From Pocillopora damicornis (Eukaryota): a stretch of DNA of 64,000 bases. Below the pieces are notes generated by a model that was not told the origin of the DNA, ran no database searches, and saw only the letters and a program-made list of their open reading frames with translations. Positions 36,501 to 48,750 of this stretch are shown here, one piece after another. The first letter of the stretch is position 1. Each line of letters begins with the position of its first letter. A program made the translations under genes and the position numbers. The stretch is from NCBI RefSeq assembly GCF_003704095.1, contig NW_020845264.1:310001-374000 (forward strand). The letters run 5' to 3'.

Positions 36501-39500
36501 ACTTTTTGTCCATACTAGTGTTGACATTTCCTTGAGCAGAACTTGAATTGTCAGAGATAAGTGCAGTAGACATAGAAGAAACAGAAGTTTTAGGAGAAGA
36601 TTCTGCTGAATACTGACCCTTTTCAGAGCCAGCATCCAAGGAGGAAGTCTTTATCTTATCACCTATTGCTCCTTTTGATCCTACAGATGGCCAAGTGTCT
36701 TTATCTCCTTCATCCACAACAAGTTTATCCCATGTCCCTTCCTTATCTCCCCATTGTCGATCCTCACTTCCCCACTTGTCTGCATCTTCCCAAGTTTCCA
36801 GTGAATTACCCCAGCCTGACCCCTTCACAGGGGCAGATTGTGACCAGCCTGAGTCATCCACTGGTTCTATCATGTCTGCAAATTCTTTTGGTCCAAAACG
36901 ATTAGGATCCTTCTTCTTGTTAACTAACAAAAAAGAATTATCAGACAGTTGAAGGCCCACTATCACATGTCATAATTTGTGTTTTATATGTAGACAATAA
37001 TTATCACTTGCATAATGAGCTTAAGTCTTTAACTGAATAACAAATATGATAATTCCTTCATCAAACTGATCAGGTTGAGTCTTCAAAATCAAATTTGTTC
37101 ATGGAAAATATTGAAAAATAAGGATTCAAATAGGAAAATCTATATGTATTTCCAGTAGGTAGCCCAAGTTTTGATATAAATGTGTCCATATTGTTCTTAA
37201 CACCAAGCCTTTTTTTCCTTAATTAAAAACCAGACATCTATGCAGTCAAAGAAAATAATTTTCAACAATTCTACCTCACTGTTCTTTTTACTACTAGTCA
37301 CCTGCAGGAGGCTGTTTTGGTTGAGGTTTGGTTTGTTGTGGAAGTGATTGTTGTTGCTGCATTTGTTGTGAAGGTGTTTGATACTGTGATTGTTGTTGCT
37401 GTTGTTTCATTTTCTTTTGGAACCTTGGTGGTATTTCTCTTGGATATTGTTGCTGATCTGTTCTCTGCTGCTGTTGTAGTCTCTTCATGTTCTGTAGCAG
37501 TAAAAATGATAGTGTACAGCATAATTGATTATGTCTGAAGGACTGCCAGAATCATTACAGCTGTAACAGATAACTAGAGCTCATGGTTCTCATGTGCTAA
37601 AAAATTCCATTCTCTTCCCCCCAAAATTTTATGAATATGACATGGTAACTTTACTCACTCACTCTTCCTTAAATAAACAAAATCTCTCTTTCAAAGGTTT
37701 ATTTTAATTTGTTTCACAACTATCTCATTTTTTATTGCCACTGCTGTTATATTTTTTCAAAAAAATTGTTGCCTTGTCAACGCAGAGCACTCAGTTTGCC
37801 ACCTACTAAAATATTCAGACTTTTTATCCATAACTGAACTACAGATAAATGCACAGTTAAGTGTGGATGAATGTAAAATTCTTTAGACACTCATGAAATA
37901 TTTAACATTAATCTAATCTGTATCTAATTCAGAGCTTTGCATGGAAGATAAGAAGAAAATGAAACCGATAAGTTCAACATTTACCTGATTTTTGTTTGCC
38001 GCCTTCTCTTTGTCTTCTTTTTCTAAAAATAAAACAATCATTAATTACAGCCTTGAAAAATGAAAGTAATTCGCCTAAGAGTTAAAAACCAAAAAAAATA
38101 CAAACAAATTTTAAAAACCCATACATAATAAGCATATTAAATGCTTTGCCAAATTCACAATCATACCTTTTGCAGCCTGTTGGGCAGCCTGCAGAATAAA
38201 AAAAATACTAGTGAAGTTGATGTACTATTAATTCTCATGTAAGGTGAGATGCTGTGGGTTTGGTGAACCAATTTGCAAGTATTTACAAGATGTTTTGGGA
38301 ATTAATACCAGTTTATGAAAGTCATCAAATGCTGTGCCTTGTATCAGCTGATAAAAATCTGACAAATTCAAGTAAACCCTAAATTATTCACTGTAGGTCA
38401 AAGCATGGTACCATTTGCAAGATATCAAACCCAGTAGATATCAAACTGGTATGTTAGAAAACTCATGCAAAAGATGAATAACAATCTTATCAGACTAATG
38501 AATTCAGACTGTTGATTTAACTGATTCAAGATAACTTGTAATGACATTTAATTTGTGTAACAAAATCATGAACCTTTCTTGCTGCCTTTTCCTTCTCTGC
38601 CTTTTCTTTTTCAGCTTTCTTCCTTTTTTCTTCTTCTTCTCTGCGTTTTTTCTCCTCCTCCTGCTGACGACGTCTTTTCTCCTCTTTCTCTTGCTCAAGT
38701 TTTTGCTGTCTTTCCCGCTCCTTTTGTTCCCTACGGTGGTCATGATCATAGACAAAGATAAGTCCCTGAGTCCCTAAAAGGATATGACCCTCACACCATT
38801 CAATTTTGTGGCTTCCCAAAATTGAATTAGGAAAGATGGACAGCTCAGTCATATAAGAAAGAGAGATAAATAAAAAAGAGTGTCATGCTTGGGACAAAAA
38901 AAAACTAATAAACAAACTGTTGATCAATTCTCATTCAGCAAAGCCCAAAGTTCTGTAAATACACTGAATAGCTAACAACTTCACTCTCTTTTAATCTTAA
39001 GATTTTTTAAATGAACACAGAAAAAAAATACTCAGCCCTGTACAAAATGGCTTCAATTGAATTTTGCAGGGTAATACAGAGTTCCATGTTCAACTACCTC
39101 CCGAATGAGGTGGAAATCTTTGCATACATGTAAAAACAATATTACATTCAATGTGCTAACAAAACAGAAAACATACATCAGTTTTAACCACTGGAAAAAA
39201 ATCTTCAACATAACAACAGTAGTTCTACAGAAATTTCCTAAAAGCAGACAAACAATACAATCTTACTTTTCCCGCCTTTTCCTCTCCTCATTCTGTGCTT
39301 TAATTCTCTCTTCTTCCAGCCGTTTCTGTTTCTCAACCTCAAGCTATAAATGCATAGGAAGTTTGAGTTTTTAATGAAAAGTATAGGACACACTATCGAG
39401 CTATTGCCTAGTAGCTTCTCTCTCTGGCTGATTGATACCTTATCTATTACACATGTTCCAAAACACAATCATATCCAAACCTACTCACTTGTTTCCTTTG

Positions 39501-42500
39501 TTTCTCTTTTTCCACTTCCTCTTTTCGCTTCTCTTCTAATTCCACTGCAATCTTCTCCATTTCCTACAAAGCAAAATAATTCCAGAGAACAGCTTTTCAA
39601 ACACACTGAAAAGTCTGAAGACTTAATTAAGGGTATGTAATTTTCAAAACTAGAAAAAACATATGACAAGGCATACTACTATGCATAAAACAAAATACAT
39701 GAAACAGCAACTACTAACTTTTTCTCTCCGTCGTTGCTCAGCTTGCAGTTGTTTCTTGCTCTTAGGTTTTGGCTAAGAATTAGGTTGATAAACATTATTA
39801 ATAAACACGACACATTTAGTATCTGCAGATTTAAAGCACTGCCAGCATATAACCAAAAGTGATCATTCTGTTACACACTAGATACCAACCTTTGCAACAG
39901 GTACAGGCATCTTCCCTTTCTTGCTTGACTGCTGAAAATTTCAAAGGACAAGATATTTATAGAGAAGACTACAACTTGAAATTCTTTACCATACAAGTTA
40001 ATGTAAAAGGAAAGTATAGAACAGATGAGCAAGAAAATTCTGAGAAGTCACAACTTGTTGGACAAATGAATATACAGGCTGGGATGATCAGTGTTAGTCA
40101 ATGGCAGATGGTGGTGTAGAAGGCCACATTGAGAGAGGCAATGGCCTCTGATCACTAATCCCGGGGTTGAGAGTTCCAGATTCAAATACTGGGCAGGTCA
40201 ATGTGTTGTATTCTTGGGTAATACACTTAACTTTCACAGTGCCTCTCCCTTCCCAGGAGTATAGCACTGGCAAATTGTCTGGGAAGCCTGATAAAATGCT
40301 GGGGGGGGGGGGGGGGGGGTAACCTTTGGATGGACTGGCATTTCATCCAGGGAGGAGTGGTAATACTCCTAGTCACTTCATGCTACATGGAAACCAGGAT
40401 AAGGTTTAGCTAGGTGGGCCAATAGGCTTGAGTACAGACTTCACCTTTTTAGGCCACACCAAGTTTTTTCCTGGTCAGAGAGAGATCCACATTTGGAATC
40501 ACATTAATCTTCCTCTCATTTCAATTCTGATCATCCAGAAGACATAATAATGTTTCCACATAACACCTTGATGGTGATAACTTTCTTCTCAATTCAGGGC
40601 TGTAAGTTTTCAAGCAAAAAACATACTAACAACCATTTATTACCTTTTTAGTAGCATCTCTCTTCATGTCTTCTTTGTGTTGATTTAATTTACTCTTCAT
40701 ATCCATCAACTAAAAACACAACAATTTTCCAAGTTAATGCAATAAAAGTTTACAAAAACAAGAACAATTTTAGTTATTTCAAAAACTTACATTTTCTTCT
40801 TTGAACTCTTCAGGAACATGTTTTCCTTTCTTTTTGCGATTCTAAAATAAACAATGTAAGAGAGACCCTTAGAATTTAGGAACTTTGAAGAACCACTTAG
40901 ACAAAATCAGAATGAAATCTCATATTTGGACAGAAATATTTCCAAAAATTTTAATTTTCCATAAGCTATCAGCTTTTTAATGGATAAAAATAATTGGTGA
41001 AAGGGGTTCAATAACAAATTTAAGTATAAGAAATAATGGAAAGGCTGAGAGATCAATAAATATAACACATAACGAAAACCGAAAAAAAGCAAAAGTAGTA
41101 ACTCTGAGGTGAACCAGGAGGTAGGTTCTGTCATTAATCTTGTGTAACCCAAGCACTTTAGAAGGGGGGGTAAGTTTTTAAAGAAACTGTGGTGCTGCAT
41201 CAGTTTGAGAGTATAACAGGGTAATTTGGTACTCTCAACTCAGTTGAATAACATACATTGGCCACTGTAAAGAGTTACAGAGCTGATATTTCAAGTGTGA
41301 TGAAGGGCTAACACTCAAAATATCAGGTTTGTAACTCTTTACAGTGGCCAATTTACATTATCAACTCAGTCAATGATAAAAAATTATACTTAAGAAGTAA
41401 CTGATCAATTACCAACTAACAGAAGCACTAAGCTTTATTGGACAAAGTGTTACCTTAATGATCTCCATGATACTATCCAAGTCACCCTCTCCATCAACGT
41501 CCTCGTCATCTTCAGTATCTTGGTATCTGTTTCATGTGCAAAGTATATAATGTAACATTTCAGTAAACATTCTCAAAGGCAATCAGCATGTGCAATATCC
41601 ACAAAACATCACAAAGCCAGTGAAAAGAATAGAAATGACTATAAAGTATAGAAATTTGTTTCTATGCAATGTGAATTCACACAAGGAACTTAAAAAAATG
41701 GAGCACAGTTTACAAGGAGAAGTCACTTTCTATTACAGAACTGTAAGGAGCAATAAAAAAAAAAGCAGTCGTCTACTGCAAAAGGTAAACGACAGCTACC
41801 GTTACATTTAAAGAGGTGAAATATTTGTGTAAAGAAAAAAAAATACAGCTACAAAAATACAGATGACCAATAAGAATAATACTTAATTCTCACCTTGAAT
41901 CGAAGTCTCCATCAGAGGAACATGGGTGCTGCTTAGAACCACAGAAATATGTAAGAAAGTTACTAGTTCCAGCTCCTTCTGCATCTAGACAAGAACAAAA
42001 CAAATTGTAAGTTTTAATTATTCCCTAAATTGATAAATGGCCCTCACACCTATTTTCAATCAATTACTGATGATAATAACTATTGACAAAGTGTCAAGCT
42101 CCTATTATCTCAAATGAGCACAAAAGCACCAAAACAAATTGGCATAACAGCTAGTTGTTACATTGACAAACCAGTTGAAGAACCATACATGTAATGGCAT
42201 TTTACAGTCTGTTATTTTTTTAAAAACTTGATAACTCACTGAAACCAGCTCAAGACTAAAACTTGCATGGTCTTCATACTGTATAGGTGAACGGTAATTG
42301 GAAATCTTACAACTAATTGCTTTATCTAGATTCCTAAAGCCTCCATTACAATAACAGTGAGGGGAAAAAAATCCCCATTCTCGAGTTAACCAACGTTTTT
42401 ATCAAGACAACTGTAAAAGATAGGAATGGCTTGTTTGTATTTACACAATAAGTGGGTTAACCGATTCCGGTTTAGGTTTGTGTAGTGTTTACGTGTCAAT

Positions 42501-43659
42501 CGTAGATTGTTAGTAGCAGGGATGACATTGTGTTAATTAAGTACGGTAAAGCCAAACCTGTATAAAACCAAACGTTACACTTAAAACAGCGATAAAGGAA
42601 GCAATTTGCAAATTCTCTTACCTTCTCTCCAGTCAAAGATATCGCGTAGAAAGTCAAAGAAAATCTAAAGAAAAATACAAATTCTTAATTTTCCATCTAA
42701 CTGTATCTCGTGTAAAATGGTATACATCATAAAGAATTCTTTCTGAGGAGAACTCTTAAGTTTAAATAAAACAGATCACATAAATTTTACCTGATCGTAG
42801 TCTGGTTGATTTGTATCGTTTCTGTAATCTGTGTAAAAGAGAAAAAGGAAGAGACATCACGCAAATCCTACAAAGATCTCGCTGTCTGAAACTTAATAGT
42901 CGTACATGATTGAAAGGCACGCAATTCTGGCCAGATACAAAATTAGAAAGTCATATTAACAGAACTACTAAATTAATGACACTACCATGATCTGTCGTTG
43001 CAAATAAATGAATGCAAAGTTAAAATCGCTGTTACCTAAAGTGAGAGATTCAAAAGCTTTGCTGATTTCATCGAACTGCTTTTTAGAGTTGCTTGCCGAG
43101 AAGTCGCTCTGGTTCTGAAAAGTGAAAGCAAGGTCAACAGAGTGAGACTAAATTATCAACTTGGCAAAGAGAAAGTACCAGAGAATGCTGGAATGTCAAT
43201 ACTAAATAGCAGACGTAAAGTTAAAATTTTAAGAAGAAGTGAAGTACTTTTGCTGAAAAAAGAAAGTAACAACAACTGCACAACTGAAATTCTATATAGC
43301 GTAACTTTACCTTGTCAGGGTGAAATCGGAGTGCAAGTTTCTTATATGCTCGTTTGATTTCGAATTCATCTGAAAAATAATCGGCGATATAAGGTAAACC
43401 GTCTTATATTACGAAAACCAACAAATTACAAATTCAAATACATTTTCTGTGGAGTAAATCTAACTATGTGCTAGCCTAAAATTATTCAACGAGCGTGTGT
43501 TCCATCGCCCACTTCAACTCGGAAGTTCCAGGATAGTGAATCGCTTGTAGGATGTACTGTGGTAAATAGGGTAACATAACCACGGAAAAACCTACTTTCA
43601 GGTGAATATTTATCCACTCCCAGTATCTTAAGGTATTCCTTCTCCTCTTCTTTTGGCAT
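30555..43659 (-). CDS. TNRC6: GW182/TNRC6 miRNA-effector protein with N-terminal DnaJ (J) domain, 21 exons
   Basis: Phase-compatible GT-AG exon chain from ATG 43659: J-domain (YLKILGVD/EIKRAYKKLALRFHPDK/KQFDEISKAFESL), acidic segment, K/E coiled coil, YPREIPPRF, GW/WG repeats (35678-36921), UBA (LKQLLDMGFKQEDAEKALKAN), Q-rich, PAM2 (PPEFKPGVPW), RRM (WLVLRNL..LRPMCERHGPL), W-rich tail ending LPPGLL. Confidence 0.93.
35205..35642. mobile_element. Tc1/mariner-like MITE in a GW182 intron
   Basis: TA|CAGATGAATCCCGATAACTT ... AAGTTAACAGGATTTGACTG|TA: imperfect TIRs with a TA duplication. Confidence 0.7.
40128..40447 (+). mobile_element. tRNA-derived SINE with central conserved domain and poly-G tract
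   Basis: Decayed B-box AGATTCAAATACT, TGTGTTGTATTCTTGGGTAATACACTTAACTTTCACAGTGCCTCTC core, G run at ~40300-40319, 3' TACAGACTTCACCTT. Confidence 0.65.
41165..41390. mobile_element. Penelope-like pseudo-LTR arranged as an inverted repeat around a decayed hammerhead
   Basis: Arms ATTGGCCACTGTAAAGAGTTACA / TGTAACTCTTTACAGTGGCCAAT flank GTGATGAAGGGCTAACACTCAAAATATCAG. Confidence 0.7.
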
Positions 43660-43747
43660 TTTAACGCGTTGTCCCTCATGTATCTGTAAAACCCCTCATC
43701 AAATTTCAAAGATTTCTAGACTCAATCGTCTTGAGCGCTTCATAAAT

Positions 43748-43782
43748 CCAACATGGCGATCCCTTCCGATGACGTCACGTGG
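43748..43782. promoter_or_regulatory. GW182 proximal promoter motifs: YY1-like, CRE and an overlapping E-box
   Basis: CCAACATGGCG followed by ATGACGTCACGTGG (TGACGTCA overlapping CACGTG), about 100 bp upstream of the ATG. Confidence 0.5.
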
Positions 43783-44761
43783 CTAAACCTATCCCAGCAT
43801 TCATATACTAATTTAGCGGTACTAGTCAAAATATCGGGTAAAATTTGGTACAACAAAAATTCTCTTTAACAATTATTAGTTATATATACTAAAAAAACCA
43901 CCCACTGAGAAAGACGTACACTGTAACCTTTGTAGATGAAAGAAAGGTTGGCAAGGGTGGCTTGTTTCCTAGGTTCAAGTGACGCAGTGCATTGAATTTC
44001 AACCGGAAGCAAAAACACAGGGATTTGCTCTGAAATATTTCAGAATTCTTAAGACCTTTGAAGCCTTATTTCTATTACAAATTTGTGTCGATTAACATCA
44101 AGTTCCGACACCGATTCAAATACGGTTTTACCAATCCACCTATGCCATGCTTATTATGCCTGATTTCAGATCGTGCAAATGGCAAGATCCGCGTAAAAAC
44201 AAACTAGCTATGTTCATTTCAGTCTTGGTTCTTAGGCCCTCGGAAAGTTCTGCAAGACCAGTGTTCTTGTAAACATGGCAATCAGGAATTTTAATTATCT
44301 AACACAGAGATATGGATGCATGCATATACAACGTAAGAATCTAGAAACTGACACTTAAACAGAAGAGGAATAAGGTTTAAATCCGATTGCATTTCTAGCC
44401 CTCTCATCGTGAGGGATTTCTGTCGCCTGAGGCTCCTGATGTGAGGCGGAAGTCAGCCGCTTACATACAGAGAAATTTGGGGATCGGGCTCCTTAAGGAC
44501 GGGACGGGACAGAAACGTTCGGTCATTTGAACAATGAAAGTTTGCCTTGGCTTGAAATGGAAGTTGAACTTTTTCCGGATTTATTGAAATTCTTGATTAA
44601 CGCATACCTCATCCTAACCTGGTGGAAGGTAGTGAGGATGGACGAACTTTTCGATCATAGAGGAAGTCTGTACCAGACGTCACATGACAAGACGACTCAG
44701 CCTCGTCTTGATGAATAGCGTGACTATGAAAGCGCCCGCGATATCTGGAACGCTAAACAAA

Positions 44762-46895
44762 ATGGCGGCTTCTGGTATGTCACACGGAAGAAGGAAAGGT
44801 AATTTGGCATCATTTTAGCTCAATGATTTCTATATCTTGCGAATATAGCACTTTGACGAAAGGTATTCATGTTCTTAACCTTGCTCTGTGTAGGAAATAA
44901 AGTCCAGGTGGAGCGGAATTTTGATCAGAATTGGAGACAGTAAGTGATTCACTATTAGCTATCATGCAGTTTATTTTATGAGTCCAGGCAAGTTAACTTA
45001 AATGGCACGCTTTTAGAGGTCTTGCTCGTCGAAGAGAGTTCATGATTCTATTGATGCTCATCATTTATTTATTGGCAATGGGAAGAACAACTGTTTAATT
45101 AAATTACACAAAGCTGTAATATTTATACGGAACCAAGTAAAATGAAAGTTCAGTCCAACTGTTTTTCCCTCTTTTATGACAGGTTTTCTACTAAATAATG
45201 GACTTTGCCTGTCTCTTTTTCTCGATGAATCACTCTAAGGGGGTAAATCCGTGGTCATGGCCCCATGCACTTGTCCTGATCTGGAAAATGTAATTATTAA
45301 AGATAATAAAGTGAAGGATTATCTTCATATTGCAGACCTCCAAGATCAGGGTCTCCTAGTACATCACATGTGAATGGTAACAGCTCCCACTCCTCTCTTA
45401 AAAGAGATCCAAATGCAAGTCCTGCAGATCAGGAATTTAAAAAGAATGTAGATTTTTTACAAAGAGGTAAGGTATTTAAAGAATCTTTCATTATAATGAT
45501 TGTTATTGTAAGTGATCTTTTATTAATTCAGAGCTATTAAAATTTACAGGAAAGATTTGGAATTTTTTTCATAGAACTTTGTATTGCTGTTATTTCTCAG
45601 TTTTCCTGATCTCAAAAATGGTAAAGAATTGTAAAAGAGTGCCCTTTTTTTTTTGTAAATACCTCTGTCAGATCAAAACATTCAGTAGAGATATCATTCT
45701 GTAATTTAAATTATTTTTTTTTACTTATACTTATTAACAAACTTCAAATAAAATGTTACTAGTCCAAAAATGAAAATAGATTTCATCAGCACCATTGTCT
45801 CAAATAACCTCAACATGTACCTTCACTGAAAATTAACTTAAGTTGTGAATATTTCACTTGCAGAATGGAGAAAATTGGAAGCTGAGTTAAAGTCAAAAAA
45901 AGGTGAGCTTTGTTTGAACTTAATTGTGTTTTTCTTTTGTTTTACATGAACTGCACCAAACAGGAGTAAAGTACAAAAAGGGTTACTCTTTTACTAAGGC
46001 TTAGCTCCTACTGGTGAAAAAGTGATTGTGTTCATTCATAATTATAGATGTAATTGTAATGGGGTTGTTATCAAGTGAGAACACAAAAGAAGCTCAGATA
46101 AATCACGTAAAGATGCAATTTTAGAAAGTTATGGGCGTGGAATTACCAGAACCAGAGCAATCATTCACCAGAATAGAAATAATTAATATGTCTCCATGAT
46201 TGTATGATTGTCTTTAGTTAGTGATTGTATATTGCAAGATTTTATGTCCCTCTGTAAAGTAACCATAATTATTTGTAATCTGAATCATACGAAAATCTTC
46301 AGTTATTTACTTATGATAACATTCAGGCTGAAATGTATCTTAATGATAATTTGTTTATCAGTGCTCCCACTCAGACACATGAAACATGATAAAGATGTTT
46401 TTTTATTTATGATTGTTTTGTTAGTAGTAATTGGACAGCAAGCCTAATTCAGTTGCCAAATCTTGTTATAATTTTTCCTTAGATACAATTACGCCATATG
46501 TTGGTCGTGATCCAGAAAAACCAGGTATTTTGGATGATGTTTTGATTGCTGCAAGTAACAGTTGAAGAAATCCAAACATTTTTTTGAATCAGTTTATTAA
46601 GGTAGCTTGTTATATTACTGGTTCCATGTCAAGCTGAAATACTTAAATTACCAATCAAATGATTCCCAAAAGTGTTCACTGGCAAACTAAATTTGCTTGT
46701 TTATTTCTGTGTAAACTCTGCCTCAAGCAGCAAACTTTAAACTGCTGACAGAGAATAATGTGAAATTTGAAAATAATATTTTCAATATTATTGTCTTTTC
46801 ATTGTGTTTTCTTTTCTCTAGATTCCCAGGGTGTGGATTTGGATGCATTCCTTGAAAATGTCCACCGCCTTCAGCAGCAGCAACAATTACAATAA
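44762..46895 (+). CDS. MCRIP/FAM195-like protein, 122 aa, 6 small exons
   Basis: Exons 44762-44798, 44894-44939, 45336-45466, 45864-45902, 46483-46524, 46822-46895 total 369 nt in frame. SPADQEFKKNVDFLQREWRKLEAEL..YVGRDPEKPDSQGVDL resembles the FAM195 core (HEENVRFIYEAWQGVERDL..YVEKVPNP..PIDL). Gene model is solid; family call is moderate. Confidence 0.75.
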
Positions 46896-48257
46896 CAAAT
46901 GTAATATTGACTTCTTTGCAACACAAAAGTTTGTTCTAATTTCTGAGGGAGAGAATTATTCCAATTATAGCTGCTTAAACTAGCTGACTGATAGAATCTG
47001 TTTTCATTTTCTCAATTTGAAATAGGAGCTTTGCAATTTGTCAGATTGTGTCACAGGACAAATATTTCATAGTGGTTATTTATCATGTTTTACATGTGTA
47101 GAGTACTTAACACTTTCCAAGTCTTTATTTCAAAAACAGAACAAGTGACTGAAGGATACTTCATGAAATATGACCAGAGTAGGCTCAGAAGATTGGAGGT
47201 GAAATATGGCATCTCTCTTGAGTACAAGAGAAAAAAATGGAAATCTATCATGAAAGCATGTTTTAATGTTATTTTTCCCCGTTATGAAGATTTTCAAAAT
47301 CTCTCACTATCAGATGTGATAAGGGCGTATAGTCTGCATTTTAACACACCATCAACAAACTGCTGTTAATATTGAAGATAACTACAAAGTAACAATGTTG
47401 TTCAGATTTTGATATAAAATTTCCCATGGGTAACCCACAAAGAAATCTTTGATAACTAGCCAGGAGAGTTAGATTTTCAATCTTAGAGGTGAGAGGGTCA
47501 TTTTGAGCATCTCTCTTTGTTGGTGATGAAATATGGCTTTGAAATATTTGAAACTCATCTTGCACTAATTCTTATTTAACAGCCATGTCATCATTTTGTT
47601 TTTGAATGCAGGGAACTCTGGATTAACATTCTCTCTAGCCCCTTGAGGGGATTTAAATGTAACTTCTTTCAACGATATCAGTACATTATCCTACAAATAG
47701 GTAATGGGAATAGTCAAAATGATGAATTAGGGTCTACTTTCATGATACAGCATAGAATAATCTTGAACTGAGTTCTAGAGATGATGACAAATTGAGGGCA
47801 AGAAGCGTGTTTTTGGCTTATTAATTTCCTTAGAGAATCTCCTTGCAAGGAGATCATCAACTTATCTCTTTTTGCTTGTGCTGTTTCTGATTTCACTACA
47901 GCCATCAGAAGATCTTTTGGTAACTCACCATCATTTCTCAAAAGACTCAAATCACGGGATGTAAGTGTCTGCTTTCCTGAATTTAAAATCATTCCAATTT
48001 TTAACTTGAAGGTTGCCAGAAAATTGAGCTCTCCGCTACTTCTGAGTATTTAAGTTTATTCCGCTAATTATTATTGCTGTAAATTATGCATTTTAGATGA
48101 AAATAAAATTTTTAAGTTATTTCAATGTACTAAAGCTTATTGTGAGTCCCTAAAAGAACGGAATTTTAATCGCTACGGCTATGTGTAGCAAAATAAAGAG
48201 CATACTGTTAGACGCCGATCAAAAGATTCTTTTATTAGCTGCAATGGTTTCCTTAAC

Positions 48258-48750
48258 AGATCTTGCAAAACATCGGGATGTGTTTGTGACTCAACTTGAC
48301 AGGTCTTGCAACCTCACGCATGCCTTTGTGTGTTTAGTTTAATCTTGGAAACCATCGGGATTTGCTTGTGACTCTAGCACAGGTCTTGTAACCTCCCACA
48401 TGCCTTTGTGAATGTAATGAAATCTAGCAAAACATGGAGATGTGTTTACGACTAACATTGACAGGTTTTGTAACCTTCCGTATGTCATTTTGACTTTCAT
48501 AAGACCTAGCAAAATATAGGGATGTGTTTACGACTTCTGCACAGGTCTTGAAACTTCTTGTATGTATTTGTGAGTTTAGTAAGATCTAGCAAAACATTGA
48601 CCGGTCTTGCAATCTCCCGCATGTCTATTTGACTTTACTAAGATCCATTAAAACATCGGAATTTGTTTGTCACTTAACTTGACGGGTCTTATTACCTCCC
48701 GCATGTTTGTGACTTAAGTTAGATTTTTCAAAGCATGGCGATGTGGTTTT
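48258..48750. repeat. Diverged tandem repeat, ~80-bp unit, about 6 copies
   Basis: Recurrent AGATCTAGCAAAACATCGGGATGTGTTTGTGACT...ACAGGTCTTGCAACCTCCCGCATG. Confidence 0.85.

Noticed and set aside
43482-43709. 75-aa ORF as GW182 exon 1
   Set aside because: Wrong frame; the J-domain frame starts at 43659 and splices at 43596.
48258-48750. CRISPR-like array
   Set aside because: Units are similar along their whole length with no unique spacers; eukaryotic context, no cas genes.
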